IMG/VR virus record: IMGVR_UViG_3300019458_000024 | Span: 1-64,000 of that record | DNA length: 64,000 bases | DNA from: a virus | Direction: 5' to 3' (one strand) | Shown: positions 35,752 to 45,022 of the stretch, one piece after another | How the letters are laid out: every line of letters starts with the position of its first letter | Position numbering within the stretch: position 1 is the stretch's first letter | The notes under the pieces: generated by a model | What the model saw: the letters and a program-made list of their open reading frames with translations, nothing else | Told to the model about the DNA's origin: nothing | Database searches by the model: none | Position numbers and translations under genes: made by a program

Positions 35752-37914
35752 GTGTCTTGGCAGGTTATTAAAAGTGACTGTTTATCAGCATTAAAAACGT
35801 TTAATGATGAGTCTGTTCATTCTATTATTACTGATCCTCCATACGGACTAGGCTCTGAGCCTACTCCTGAACAATTAATTGCGTTTATCAGCGGGGATGA
35901 CGTTCGACTCAATGATAAAGATTTCATGGGCAAGGATTGGTCAATTCCTTCTGTGGCTGTTTGGAAGGAATGCTTTCGCGTATTGAAGCCAGGGGGACAT
36001 TTGCTAGTATTCGGTGGAAGTCGCACGTTTGATCTCATGTCTCTTGGTATTCGTACGGCTGGATTTGAATACCGAGACACGGTTATGTGGATCTATGGTT
36101 GTTTGTCAGAAGACACAGAAATACTTGTAGATGGAGAATGGGTACCTTACTTCAAAGCAGTAAAAGGTAGGCACGCACTTTGTTATGATAGAGAATCTAA
36201 TAGTTATTCGTGGGAAAAAATCAACAATTTGTACGTGTATGAATACAACGATATCGCGTACAAAATTACGTCAGATAGTACAGACCAACTCGTCACCAAA
36301 AACCATCGCTGCTTGGTTGAACAAAACGGAAACTTTGAATTCAAAGAAGCGTGGGAAGCTGCACTGGACGCAGAAACACGCGTACCCGTTTTGGAAGGTT
36401 TGTCAGAATTGCTTAACTGTATTCCCCTGCCGGACAAACGAGCAGGCTTTGAGGAAAAGGGCGTGCTCGACACTATGTGCGGGCCGCTTAATTTCAAAAG
36501 CAAGGAAAGGGAAATACAGAACCCTAGTAAGAGTTTGTGTAATTTGCAAGAAATCCTACCGTGCGTACATCAGCAAGAAACGAGCCTCGAACAGAAAATT
36601 CTGCAGCAACAGGTGCAGAATAATCTGGAGGAAAAAGAATCCACACTTATGGGATCACCTTTACAAGGTGGGGCATCTGGGCAGAAGCGGATGGACAGCG
36701 GAATCAATGGCGTCTTACAAATTAAAAATGAGTGGCAGCAAAAACCCTGCATGGAAGGGAGGGATTACGAAGTTGAAAGCCAGAGGCAATTACAAGAATG
36801 TTGTTTTGGTTCGGTGTCCGCCGGAGTTTCACAAGATGGCTCAACAGAACGGGTATGTATTGGAGCACAGGTTAATAGTAGCAAAACAGATCAAAAGAGT
36901 ATTGACACAAAAAGAAGTTGTTCACCACATGGATCACAATCCGCAAAACAATGCAGCTACGAATTTAGCATTGTTCAAGACAAACAAAGATCACAAACTG
37001 TTCGAGCATCATGGAAGACCGCTGCCTCTCTGGCAAGGTTCGAAGAAATAGAATACTCAGGCATTGTTTGGTGCATATCAGTTCCTACGGGTGCTTTTGT
37101 AGCAAGACGAAATGGTAAGATATTTGTTACAGGTAATTCAGGATTCAATAAGGGAGGAGATATCTCGAAAAAGATTGATAAATCCCTCGGTGTAGAACCT
37201 ACAGTTATCGGAGAAAATCCTAATCACAGGCCGCTGTCCGGCGTTAGTTATGAAGGAATTTATGCTGGTGGCAATACTGGAAGCAAGTATGTTACTGCGG
37301 CTACTAGTGATGAGGCAAAGGTGTGGGAAGGTTGGGGCGTATCGATTAAGCCAGCTCACGAGCCGATAGTCATGGCAAGAAAACCATTCAAGGGAGCATT
37401 ATTTAAAAATGTGTTGAAGCACGGCACCGGTGCAGTGAACATTGATGCCTGTAGAATTCCAACAGAAGACAAACTGACAAGAAAACTGGGAAAAACGACA
37501 GAATCAGATGCCGGCTGGAAATCCGTCAATCGATCAGAAATTGCAGGAAAAGATGGTGGTAGAGTGCCTGCAAATGTAATCCTTGACGAAGAGGTTGGAG
37601 AGATTTTAGACTCTCAAGAATCTAAATCTAAGCCTGCCCGTTTTTTTTACTGCGCCAAAGCTTCAAAGTCTGAAAAGAATGAGGCTGGGCCTAATAATCA
37701 TCCAACAGTGAAGCCGGTAGATTTGATGCAGTGGCTGGTTAGACTAGTTACTCCTCCTGGTGGTGTGATATTGGATCCGTACGCAGGTAGTGGCACTACT
37801 GGGGTAGCTGCGGTTTCCGAAGGTTTTTCCTTTATAGGAATAGAAAAGTGCCAAGAGTATGTTGACATTGCAAGACAGCGAATTGAGCATATTGAATTCG
37901 AGAATCGCGAATAG
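35752..37914 (+). CDS. Beta-class N6A/N4C DNA methyltransferase with intein
   Basis: TDPPY, LKPGG, KPAHEP, HPTVKP, LDPYAGSGTT; spliced product about 374 aa. Confidence 0.88.
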   Translation: MSWQVIKSDCLSALKTFNDESVHSIITDPPYGLGSEPTPEQLIAFISGDDVRLNDKDFMGKDWSIPSVAVWKECFRVLKPGGHLLVFGGSRTFDLMSLGIRTAGFEYRDTVMWIYGCLSEDTEILVDGEWVPYFKAVKGRHALCYDRESNSYSWEKINNLYVYEYNDIAYKITSDSTDQLVTKNHRCLVEQNGNFEFKEAWEAALDAETRVPVLEGLSELLNCIPLPDKRAGFEEKGVLDTMCGPLNFKSKEREIQNPSKSLCNLQEILPCVHQQETSLEQKILQQQVQNNLEEKESTLMGSPLQGGASGQKRMDSGINGVLQIKNEWQQKPCMEGRDYEVESQRQLQECCFGSVSAGVSQDGSTERVCIGAQVNSSKTDQKSIDTKRSCSPHGSQSAKQCSYEFSIVQDKQRSQTVRASWKTAASLARFEEIEYSGIVWCISVPTGAFVARRNGKIFVTGNSGFNKGGDISKKIDKSLGVEPTVIGENPNHRPLSGVSYEGIYAGGNTGSKYVTAATSDEAKVWEGWGVSIKPAHEPIVMARKPFKGALFKNVLKHGTGAVNIDACRIPTEDKLTRKLGKTTESDAGWKSVNRSEIAGKDGGRVPANVILDEEVGEILDSQESKSKPARFFYCAKASKSEKNEAGPNNHPTVKPVDLMQWLVRLVTPPGGVILDPYAGSGTTGVAAVSEGFSFIGIEKCQEYVDIARQRIEHIEFENRE
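36100..37137 (+). mobile_element. Intein in MTase (346 aa)
   Basis: WIYG|CLSEDTEIL...TKNH...YSGIVWCISVPTGAFVARRNGKIFVTGN|SGF. Confidence 0.88.
36185..37051 (+). CDS. HNH endonuclease overprinted in the +1 frame inside the MTase intein
   Basis: CQNC..ACSTLC, CVIC..FCSNRC, KNPAWKGG, GYVLEHRL..EVVHHMDHNPQNN..NL..H; true start uncertain. Confidence 0.8.
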   Translation: MIENLIVIRGKKSTICTCMNTTISRTKLRQIVQTNSSPKTIAAWLNKTETLNSKKRGKLHWTQKHAYPFWKVCQNCLTVFPCRTNEQALRKRACSTLCAGRLISKARKGKYRTLVRVCVICKKSYRAYISKKRASNRKFCSNRCRIIWRKKNPHLWDHLYKVGHLGRSGWTAESMASYKLKMSGSKNPAWKGGITKLKARGNYKNVVLVRCPPEFHKMAQQNGYVLEHRLIVAKQIKRVLTQKEVVHHMDHNPQNNAATNLALFKTNKDHKLFEHHGRPLPLWQGSKK

Positions 37915-37917
37915 CAA

Positions 37918-39837
37918 ATGAGATTCCTTTCGGTAGAAATTCAAAATTTCATGTCGTATGGAGAGCCAGCACAGACTCTCCGTTTGGAAGACTTGGGTTT
38001 GGTATCTATTGTAGGTATTAACAAGGACGCGTTGGGTGCTTGTTCAAATGGTTCCGGAAAGTCTTCTATCATGGAAGCGATTGTATGGACATTGTATGGA
38101 CAGACAATGCGTGGTTACAAGGGGGACGAAGTAGTCAATAGAACAAACAAGGAGAACTGTTTTGTTAGACTGGCCTTGGAAGAAAATAACTCACTATATG
38201 AAATCAAGAGAACCAGAAAAGTTAATCAAAAACGTTCTAATGATTTGTGCTTGTTTATAGACGGTGTAGATGCTTCGCAAGGAACCGTAGCAGACACACA
38301 AGCAACTATTCAAACTATCATTGGTATGGATTTTTGTACATTTACGCAAAGTGTGATGATGTGGCACGGTACGCAACCCTTCAGTAAAATGACAGATAAA
38401 GAGCAAAAAGAGGTCCTGGAAGACATACTTCAAATAGACCAGCTCGCTAAGGCCAAAGATATTGTTAAGAATAAAATTTCTAAGGGACAAGAAAGTCTAA
38501 AAAATCTGACAAATAGAGTGTTGTTTTTAGACGCGACAATAGAAGATCTTTCCTTGTCTATTTCCAAACTGTCTTCACAAGACTCTCAATACGCTGAAAC
38601 AATCAAACAAAGACGTATTGCGCTGTTAACTAAAAAAGTAGATACGGAACTAAAAATAAATGAATTATATAAAAACACCGGGCTCGACAAACTAATTAAA
38701 ATTAGAGAAAATATAAGTAGTAAATTAGAGGTTATAGGCAATAGCCGAAGACATGTACAAACTGAAAAGCTTATTGTTGCCCGTTCGTTTGCTGAAAAAA
38801 AAGCTGCCTTATCAAAAAGAGAAGGCGTGGTCCAAGGAAGGATCATACAACTCCAAGAGGATATCAAAGCATTTAACACCCTCGCTGGGAAAGTATGTCC
38901 AACGTGCAAGCAAGAGTTCCACGTTGAGACAGCTTCATCCTGCATGGACATCTGGGCTAAAGAAGCCGAACGGCTACGATCACAAGAGATTGGCCCCATC
39001 GTCAACGCGCAAGAGGCTCTCCACGGAGACGAGCAATCTGAACTCAGTGCATTGGCGATTGAAGAAAGCCGTATCAATCAGGAAATTGGAACGGCCCAAG
39101 CCGAGCTGCAAAGCGCGGATGATAACGTCCGTAAAAGGAAGGCCACGCTTCAAGTTGTCTGTGAGTTGGAGCACCAGGCTCTTGGAATCCAAAAAGAACT
39201 CAACCAGCTTGACGAAGAGAAAAATCCGTATTCCGGCCTCATTGAGGAGAGTAGGAAAAAGCGAGACGACTGCGAAGGAGAGCGAAGATCCCTTACCTGC
39301 AAGATTGATTCTCTTTCTTTTGAATTAAGCCACCTAGAATACTGGAATCACGGTTTTGGTAATAGCGGATTAAAGTCTTACATACTCGATAATGTAGTTC
39401 CTTTTCTTACAGAAAAAGCGCAAGAATATGCTGATATAGTATCTGGAGGGGATATCAGGTTGGAGTTTTCTACGCAAACAAAGCTGAAATCTGGAGAGAT
39501 GAAGGACAGCTTTCAAGTCAAGGCTGTTAATCTAAAAGGCGCAGATGTTTATCACGGAAATTCTGATGGAGAACGCAGACGTATAGATATTGCCGTTGGT
39601 TGGGCTTTGGCAGACCTAGCAGCGACAAGAGCTAAAAAACCTATATATTTTAGAGGTTTAGATGAGCCTTTTGAACACTTAGATACTGTTGGCGAAGATT
39701 TGGTAATAAAATTACTTCACAAAGTTTTGCCAAGGTATGAAACTGTAATGTGTGTCACACATAGTGCACACCTAAGAGATCAATTTCCGAAGGAGGTTGT
39801 GGTAACATTTAAGAATGGATTTTCGAAAATTTCGTAG
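37918..39837 (+). CDS. SbcC/Rad50-like ATPase (gp46-like)
   Basis: QNFMSY, NGSGKSS, coiled coil with CPTC hook, variant signature NSDGE, LDEPF, VTH. Confidence 0.88.
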   Translation: MRFLSVEIQNFMSYGEPAQTLRLEDLGLVSIVGINKDALGACSNGSGKSSIMEAIVWTLYGQTMRGYKGDEVVNRTNKENCFVRLALEENNSLYEIKRTRKVNQKRSNDLCLFIDGVDASQGTVADTQATIQTIIGMDFCTFTQSVMMWHGTQPFSKMTDKEQKEVLEDILQIDQLAKAKDIVKNKISKGQESLKNLTNRVLFLDATIEDLSLSISKLSSQDSQYAETIKQRRIALLTKKVDTELKINELYKNTGLDKLIKIRENISSKLEVIGNSRRHVQTEKLIVARSFAEKKAALSKREGVVQGRIIQLQEDIKAFNTLAGKVCPTCKQEFHVETASSCMDIWAKEAERLRSQEIGPIVNAQEALHGDEQSELSALAIEESRINQEIGTAQAELQSADDNVRKRKATLQVVCELEHQALGIQKELNQLDEEKNPYSGLIEESRKKRDDCEGERRSLTCKIDSLSFELSHLEYWNHGFGNSGLKSYILDNVVPFLTEKAQEYADIVSGGDIRLEFSTQTKLKSGEMKDSFQVKAVNLKGADVYHGNSDGERRRIDIAVGWALADLAATRAKKPIYFRGLDEPFEHLDTVGEDLVIKLLHKVLPRYETVMCVTHSAHLRDQFPKEVVVTFKNGFSKIS

Positions 39838-39998
39838 GGACTCCTGGGTAGGGCAGCACAGACATGATCTGATGTACTCTGTTTCCCCCTTCCGAGTTCC
39901 CAGATCAAGCGCCTGAGTCTGTGTAGTGGTAGGCAGTGATTAGTTAATACTAATCCGGCAGTTAAAAATGGCGCGCGAGACAACCTGGGAGTCCCTAC
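39834..39998 (+). ncRNA. Candidate structured non-coding RNA of unknown class
   Basis: 16-bp closing stem with two G-U pairs, nested internal stems and a downstream T run. Confidence 0.5.
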
Positions 39999-40020
39999 CT
40001 TTTTAAATGGGAATGTAATT

Positions 40021-40398
40021 ATGAATGAAAATGTAAAAGAAGTGCAAAGTAGGTTATTTGCGGGTGTTGATCCCGATACCCCTGTAGACCAGATTCCACA
40101 AACCGTAAAGGACAGGTTGTTTGCCATTGTTTGGCAATTATTTCAAAGCCATAGAGTTTGTGAGTTGTTAAAAAATAATATTACTATCGTGGATCGAATA
40201 GATCCTGACAGTAAGACTATTGAAACTCTGGTGGTGGAAAACCCTGTTTCCGTTGGTCCCCCTCTTACCAGTGGCCAAGTAGTAGAGTTGCAGACTTTGC
40301 TCAAGATAGCCGGCTGCAAAAGTCCTGACAAAATCTTTCAAAGCGTCATGAAGATATTTGGACAGGAAGGTCCTACTGTTCATTTGGGAGGCTCTTAA
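40021..40398 (+). CDS. Hypothetical protein
   Basis: 125-aa ORF in operon. Confidence 0.5.
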   Translation: MNENVKEVQSRLFAGVDPDTPVDQIPQTVKDRLFAIVWQLFQSHRVCELLKNNITIVDRIDPDSKTIETLVVENPVSVGPPLTSGQVVELQTLLKIAGCKSPDKIFQSVMKIFGQEGPTVHLGGS

Positions 40399-40400
40399 AC

Positions 40401-40769
40401 ATGGCTAATCGCAATAAGCAACGCGGAAACGAACTGGAAAGAGCGCTAGTCCAGGAAGCCAAAGAGGCCGGCCTATCTGCAATTCGCGCTTGGGGCAGCA
40501 ATGGAAGGGCTCTAGGCGAGGCGGAAACAGTAGATTGTATAGTTGATAACGTACGCATCCAGGCTAAAAGGCGGAAAAAGTTACCCGAATATTTACAAGT
40601 TCCTGAAGGAGCCGACATAGTGGTTTTTAGGCAAGACCGCTATGAGCCGCTGGCACTCATTCCCTACTCAGAGTGGCTGCGACTACGATTGCTAGTATCT
40701 AAATTAGAAGATCTGAAAAAGAATGATGATAATGACAAAAAAGAACCAACAACTACCAACAATCCCTAA
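40401..40769 (+). CDS. Holliday junction resolvase-like PD-(D/E)xK nuclease
   Basis: NKQRGNELER..AIRAWGS..VD..IQAKR; GGAGG SD. Confidence 0.7.
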   Translation: MANRNKQRGNELERALVQEAKEAGLSAIRAWGSNGRALGEAETVDCIVDNVRIQAKRRKKLPEYLQVPEGADIVVFRQDRYEPLALIPYSEWLRLRLLVSKLEDLKKNDDNDKKEPTTTNNP

Positions 40770-40829
40770 ATGTCCAGATTGCAAAGAGTCTATGCTTTAT
40801 TGCAAATGCCTCAATAAAAGCTTGAAGAA

Positions 40830-41303
40830 ATGAAAAAATATGTAGCTCACTGTGACGGTTCTATTTCTGGGGGTAATCCTGGAGGGTGGGCTGTAGGAGG
40901 GTGGGTGCTGCGTAATGATGAATCTTGTGAAGTTGTACAATACGGCTGTGTTGATTTAGGGAAAAATGAACACAACACTAACAATATGGCGGAATACGCG
41001 GCTGTTTATGGGGTAATGTGGTGGGCTTATTTACACACGCCACCAACATCTCGTATTGATGTATTTAGTGACAGTCGATTGGTTGTCATGCAACTGAAGC
41101 AGCTTTGGCAGTGCAACCGTGCGCAATTAATCCGATTCAGAGATAGTATTTGGAGTTTGACTAAAAAATTTGAAGTTTCGTATAACTGGCTTCCCAGAAA
41201 CGAAAACAAAGACGCCGATGCTGTATCTAGACTACTTTATGGAGATAAGATTGTAGAACCTTGGACAGCGGAGGAAAGCTACACAATTCCGTTATGCGCG
41301 TGA
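40830..41303 (+). CDS. Ribonuclease HI
   Basis: CDGS..GNPG, TNNMAEY, SDSRLVV, WLPRNENKDAD. Confidence 0.85.
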   Translation: MKKYVAHCDGSISGGNPGGWAVGGWVLRNDESCEVVQYGCVDLGKNEHNTNNMAEYAAVYGVMWWAYLHTPPTSRIDVFSDSRLVVMQLKQLWQCNRAQLIRFRDSIWSLTKKFEVSYNWLPRNENKDADAVSRLLYGDKIVEPWTAEESYTIPLCA

Positions 41304-41791
41304 TGGAGCAACCAAACCTGAAACTTAAAATGCGGAGAGATGACCCGCAAAGTTGGCTTGCACGCATGGCGCCTTGCACTGTATTGCCTGGAGAGATTTT
41401 AGCCGGGGCAGGTGGGCTAGAGGAAAAAAGAAAGATTGTCGCTGCTTTTTTAGTGCAACTTCCTAAGGGAGGACGTTTAGCCACTGTAGCGAGATGTTGC
41501 AACTCCGGATATGAGTTGGTAGATAAAATTACCAAGACTGGTTTTGTATTACCGGAACTTCCACTCATACCCAATAATGAAATTATTGGATTAAAGCCAA
41601 GCAGTGCTGAATATATCTCTTACAGTAATATTTATAGAAACAGGTCAAAAGATATCGACGAAAAAGAGAAGAAAATCATAGAGTTTATTACGCACGTCTT
41701 AGGTGTTTCAATCACAGATAAGCTGGAAATGTCTTTACCAGATGTTTTTCCAGTTACTAGGATTGATGTTGGCATGATTTGGGAGAAATAA
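41294..41791 (+). CDS. Hypothetical protein
   Basis: ORF abutting terminase; start uncertain. Confidence 0.45.
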   Translation: MRVMEQPNLKLKMRRDDPQSWLARMAPCTVLPGEILAGAGGLEEKRKIVAAFLVQLPKGGRLATVARCCNSGYELVDKITKTGFVLPELPLIPNNEIIGLKPSSAEYISYSNIYRNRSKDIDEKEKKIIEFITHVLGVSITDKLEMSLPDVFPVTRIDVGMIWEK

Positions 41792-43621
41792 GTGCCTGAT
41801 CAGATAAAACCTAAGAGAAAGGCTGCTGTCTTTGCTGGTGGCACTCCATCCGCTCCTGGTCAAGCTACTCCGTACCTTAAAGGCATTCAACCTCTAGATG
41901 TACAAAAGACTATTGCACAAGCTACTCCATCACAATTGTCCTTTTTAATGGGCAATAACTTTGCGCTATGGGCACAGTATGCAGGTATTGAAGTAGATCA
42001 AAGAGTATTTGATTTTGATCACCACAGATATTTGCTTCCAATTTATCTTTGTGACGCCAAGGAGATGGCGTGGATGAAGAGCGCTCAAATGGGGGCTACT
42101 ATTTATGAAGTATTGAGGCTCTTGTGGTTTTGTAGGTATCACCAAGTTAAGGCGGCGTTATATTTCCCTACTTCCGACGGTGTAACCAAACTGGCTAAGG
42201 ACCGGCTGAACCCTATCATTTCTTCCAACAAAGAGTTGTCTGATAATTTGAAAGATGGGGATGCGCTAGGACTCAAGCACATAAACAATATTCACGGAAA
42301 ACAGTCCTCTTTGTATATGCTGTACCTCGGGGGAACCGCTTCTAAAGACTCAGTTCCCTTGGATATTTTAGGTTTCGACGAAGTTAGACTTTGTGATAAT
42401 AACGATATAGACCAAGCCAGAGAGCGTGTGTCGCACTCTATGTGGAAGTACATGATGTACGTTTCTACTGCAGGGCATCCATACAACGACATTGACGCCA
42501 GATTCCAACGTGGTACGCAGAATTTTTGGCATGTGAAGTGTGGTGGCTGCCTTGATGGTTTTATCCCATCCGAGTGTTTTCCAGATTGTATAATTGAAAC
42601 CAGGGATAAACAAGTTTTTCTTAGATGTCCGCGTTGCAAATCTATTATCAAGGATCCGCAGAACGGAAATTATGTTCCACACAACCCTGGTGCGGACTAT
42701 CCTTCATTTCATATTAGTCAATTTATTTCCAAATTCATCTCTCCAAAAGAGATTTGGACACACTACAACACGTCCACAAATAAGAAAGAATTTTACAACG
42801 CTAAACTTGGCAAACCTTACGTGGATGAGGAGAACATGCCAATCAACGATGATGTGTTGGAAAGTTGCGTAAACACAGATTTGCGGTGGCTAGCAAAAAG
42901 TGCCAATAAAGCAGATAAAAAGAATTGCGCTATGGGCGTGGACCAACACGGTGGAAATGTCTACGTAACCATCATGAAAAGGGGTAAAGACAACAAAAAG
43001 CAAATTGTACATCTTGAAGTAGTAGATTGTGATAACCCAAATTATTGGGAAGCTGGCAAGCCTGTAAGTCCATTCAAAAGACTACATGAACTTATGAAGG
43101 AGTTTGATGTCAGTATGTGTGTTATTGACTGTATGCCCAACTACAACGAGGCTACACAGTTTGCTAGAGATTTTCCAGGACGCGTGTTCGTAGCTTGGTA
43201 CGGAGGACCGGAACAGAAAGACATGGTTCTGTGGCACGATAAATTGCGTACAAAAGAAGCCATGAGGAAGGGGTCTAAGCAAATTAAGATCAAGTGGCAA
43301 GTCACTATAAACAGGTACACGGGCATTGATTTTGTTTTGAATGAGTTTGTAGATAGAAATATTGAAATGCCACACCCAGATGGCCTGGTTCAAGTTGCCC
43401 GCAGTCCACAGGGGCGATGGGAAGCTGAAAACATCTGTCGGGCTAGATACTGGCTTCATCTAAAGAGTATTGTTCGTCAAAAAACTTGGATTGATGAACA
43501 AACTGGTCGTTTCAAAATGGAATGGGTATACTTAGGTAGAGACCCGCATTTTGTACACTCTAGTTTATATTGTAGTATTGCTATTGAAAGAATGAAAAGA
43601 CAAACCATATTCGTTTTTTAA
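41792..43621 (+). CDS. Terminase large subunit (lambda GpA-like)
   Basis: KSAQMGAT Walker A variant, FDEV Walker B, VST, CxxC/CPRC, FYNAKLGKPY, MGVDQ nuclease motif, DPHF. Confidence 0.8.
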   Translation: MPDQIKPKRKAAVFAGGTPSAPGQATPYLKGIQPLDVQKTIAQATPSQLSFLMGNNFALWAQYAGIEVDQRVFDFDHHRYLLPIYLCDAKEMAWMKSAQMGATIYEVLRLLWFCRYHQVKAALYFPTSDGVTKLAKDRLNPIISSNKELSDNLKDGDALGLKHINNIHGKQSSLYMLYLGGTASKDSVPLDILGFDEVRLCDNNDIDQARERVSHSMWKYMMYVSTAGHPYNDIDARFQRGTQNFWHVKCGGCLDGFIPSECFPDCIIETRDKQVFLRCPRCKSIIKDPQNGNYVPHNPGADYPSFHISQFISKFISPKEIWTHYNTSTNKKEFYNAKLGKPYVDEENMPINDDVLESCVNTDLRWLAKSANKADKKNCAMGVDQHGGNVYVTIMKRGKDNKKQIVHLEVVDCDNPNYWEAGKPVSPFKRLHELMKEFDVSMCVIDCMPNYNEATQFARDFPGRVFVAWYGGPEQKDMVLWHDKLRTKEAMRKGSKQIKIKWQVTINRYTGIDFVLNEFVDRNIEMPHPDGLVQVARSPQGRWEAENICRARYWLHLKSIVRQKTWIDEQTGRFKMEWVYLGRDPHFVHSSLYCSIAIERMKRQTIFVF

Positions 43622-43634
43622 GGAGATTGTTATT

Positions 43635-44423
43635 ATGAAAATTGATGAGAAGAAGAATTTATTTCCCACTACTAACCCCAATGCCTACAAGGGGTCATTC
43701 TATGAAGAAATGAGGAAAACCGAGCCGTTTAAACAAGGTAGTAAGGAGTTTTGGGATCCGATTAAGGCAGAGTCGCCGCCTTTTGAAATAAAACTTGAAA
43801 AATTGGACGTAGATAAGTATTTAAATGAGAAAGCTACTGCTCTGTACAACACTAAGCTTGGTAGTACTGTTATTGAGTATTATCAGTGTCCTACGGATGG
43901 TGATCGTTTTGCACTGGCTATTGGCACCATTCCAGTTGCGAATTTAACAGATCCCGATGACCCAATTAAATATGTAAATAGTGAACCGACTTGGGAACTT
44001 AAGTGTTCCTTGATTCATTATTTAGGTGTTCGGTGTGTTGCTGATTCGCACGGTCGTCCTCCTGAAAAATCTGTAAAAAAGTGGGCTGAGGTTCTTAACA
44101 GGTTGGCTGATTCTGGTGTGTGGCAATTCGGCACATTAGCCTCTGCTTTTTGCTTTCCTTTGTTGGTAGATGCGAAAGGTGAACTTTTACTGGAAAGAAG
44201 TTTGGACAATCCTTTTGGAGATATTGACACATCCCAAAAAACTGTTCGTTCCAGAATCGGCAAACGAGGTCAGCAACTAATGCTTACTACTTACATAGGC
44301 GTTCATCCTGCTTACGCTGTAAAAGACTACGAAAAGGGAGTGGAGCTGCTGAACCAAAAATATGGAAATTTCTTTGTATTTGAAGGAGAGACCGGACGAG
44401 AGGTCTGGAATGACAATGAATAA
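43635..44423 (+). CDS. Hypothetical protein
   Basis: AAGGAG SD; 262 aa. Confidence 0.55.
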   Translation: MKIDEKKNLFPTTNPNAYKGSFYEEMRKTEPFKQGSKEFWDPIKAESPPFEIKLEKLDVDKYLNEKATALYNTKLGSTVIEYYQCPTDGDRFALAIGTIPVANLTDPDDPIKYVNSEPTWELKCSLIHYLGVRCVADSHGRPPEKSVKKWAEVLNRLADSGVWQFGTLASAFCFPLLVDAKGELLLERSLDNPFGDIDTSQKTVRSRIGKRGQQLMLTTYIGVHPAYAVKDYEKGVELLNQKYGNFFVFEGETGREVWNDNE

Positions 44424-45022
44424 TGGCTGATGATCTCAAAGATCCTGCGGACAGAAGCAAGTGGACTGAAGCTTTAGAAGTCACTCACGCTTTTGACATA
44501 GAGGAACGCCGGCTTGAGGTGCAACGCCTCAAGTTTAAAGGCGGCACTGTGCGCGGCATTGCTGCTCAACTAGGTGTCAGTCCTAGTACTATTCAGTTGG
44601 ACATCAAAGCAATAAAGGCGGCTAATGCCGCTGCTGAAGGAGAAATTACTAGTGAAGATCGGTTAGCTGAGGCTATGGTGCACTACAGAGAGTTAGAAGC
44701 ACAGGCATGGAGGTCATACCACGCGGCGCAGGAAGGCTCCATGCAGGCTCTTAAGGCGTTGGATCTGTTGAGAGTTATACAATCTGATAAAATCAAAGCA
44801 CTTAGAGATACTGGATTTATCAGAGATGCTCCTGCACAAGTGGAGGTCCAAGTCAGTCACAGATTGGAACAAATAGCTACGCCTGAGCTTATGGCTGAGC
44901 TTTCTATAGCTCTTATAGAAAAAGGACTGACTCCACAGCTAGCAGAGCCTGTTCCGGAGAATGAAATTTTAGATGCGGAGGTTGTTGAATATGACGAGGA
45001 AAATGACACCGGACAGGACTAG
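44423..45022 (+). CDS. HTH protein, candidate terminase small subunit
   Basis: RRLEV..GGTVRGIAAQLGVSPSTIQLDI HTH followed by helical segments and an acidic tail. Confidence 0.5.
   Translation: MADDLKDPADRSKWTEALEVTHAFDIEERRLEVQRLKFKGGTVRGIAAQLGVSPSTIQLDIKAIKAANAAAEGEITSEDRLAEAMVHYRELEAQAWRSYHAAQEGSMQALKALDLLRVIQSDKIKALRDTGFIRDAPAQVEVQVSHRLEQIATPELMAELSIALIEKGLTPQLAEPVPENEILDAEVVEYDEENDTGQD

Noticed and set aside
38753-39328. 191-aa alternative-frame ORF inside sbcC
   Set aside because: No recognisable domain, unlike the nested HNH; it overlaps a coiled-coil region and is plausibly a chance open frame.
39834-39998. Assigning the structured element as 6S RNA, tRNA or hammerhead ribozyme
   Set aside because: The central region is strongly asymmetric, there is no cloverleaf, and the CUGAUGA/GAAA core is incomplete; kept only as an unclassified candidate.
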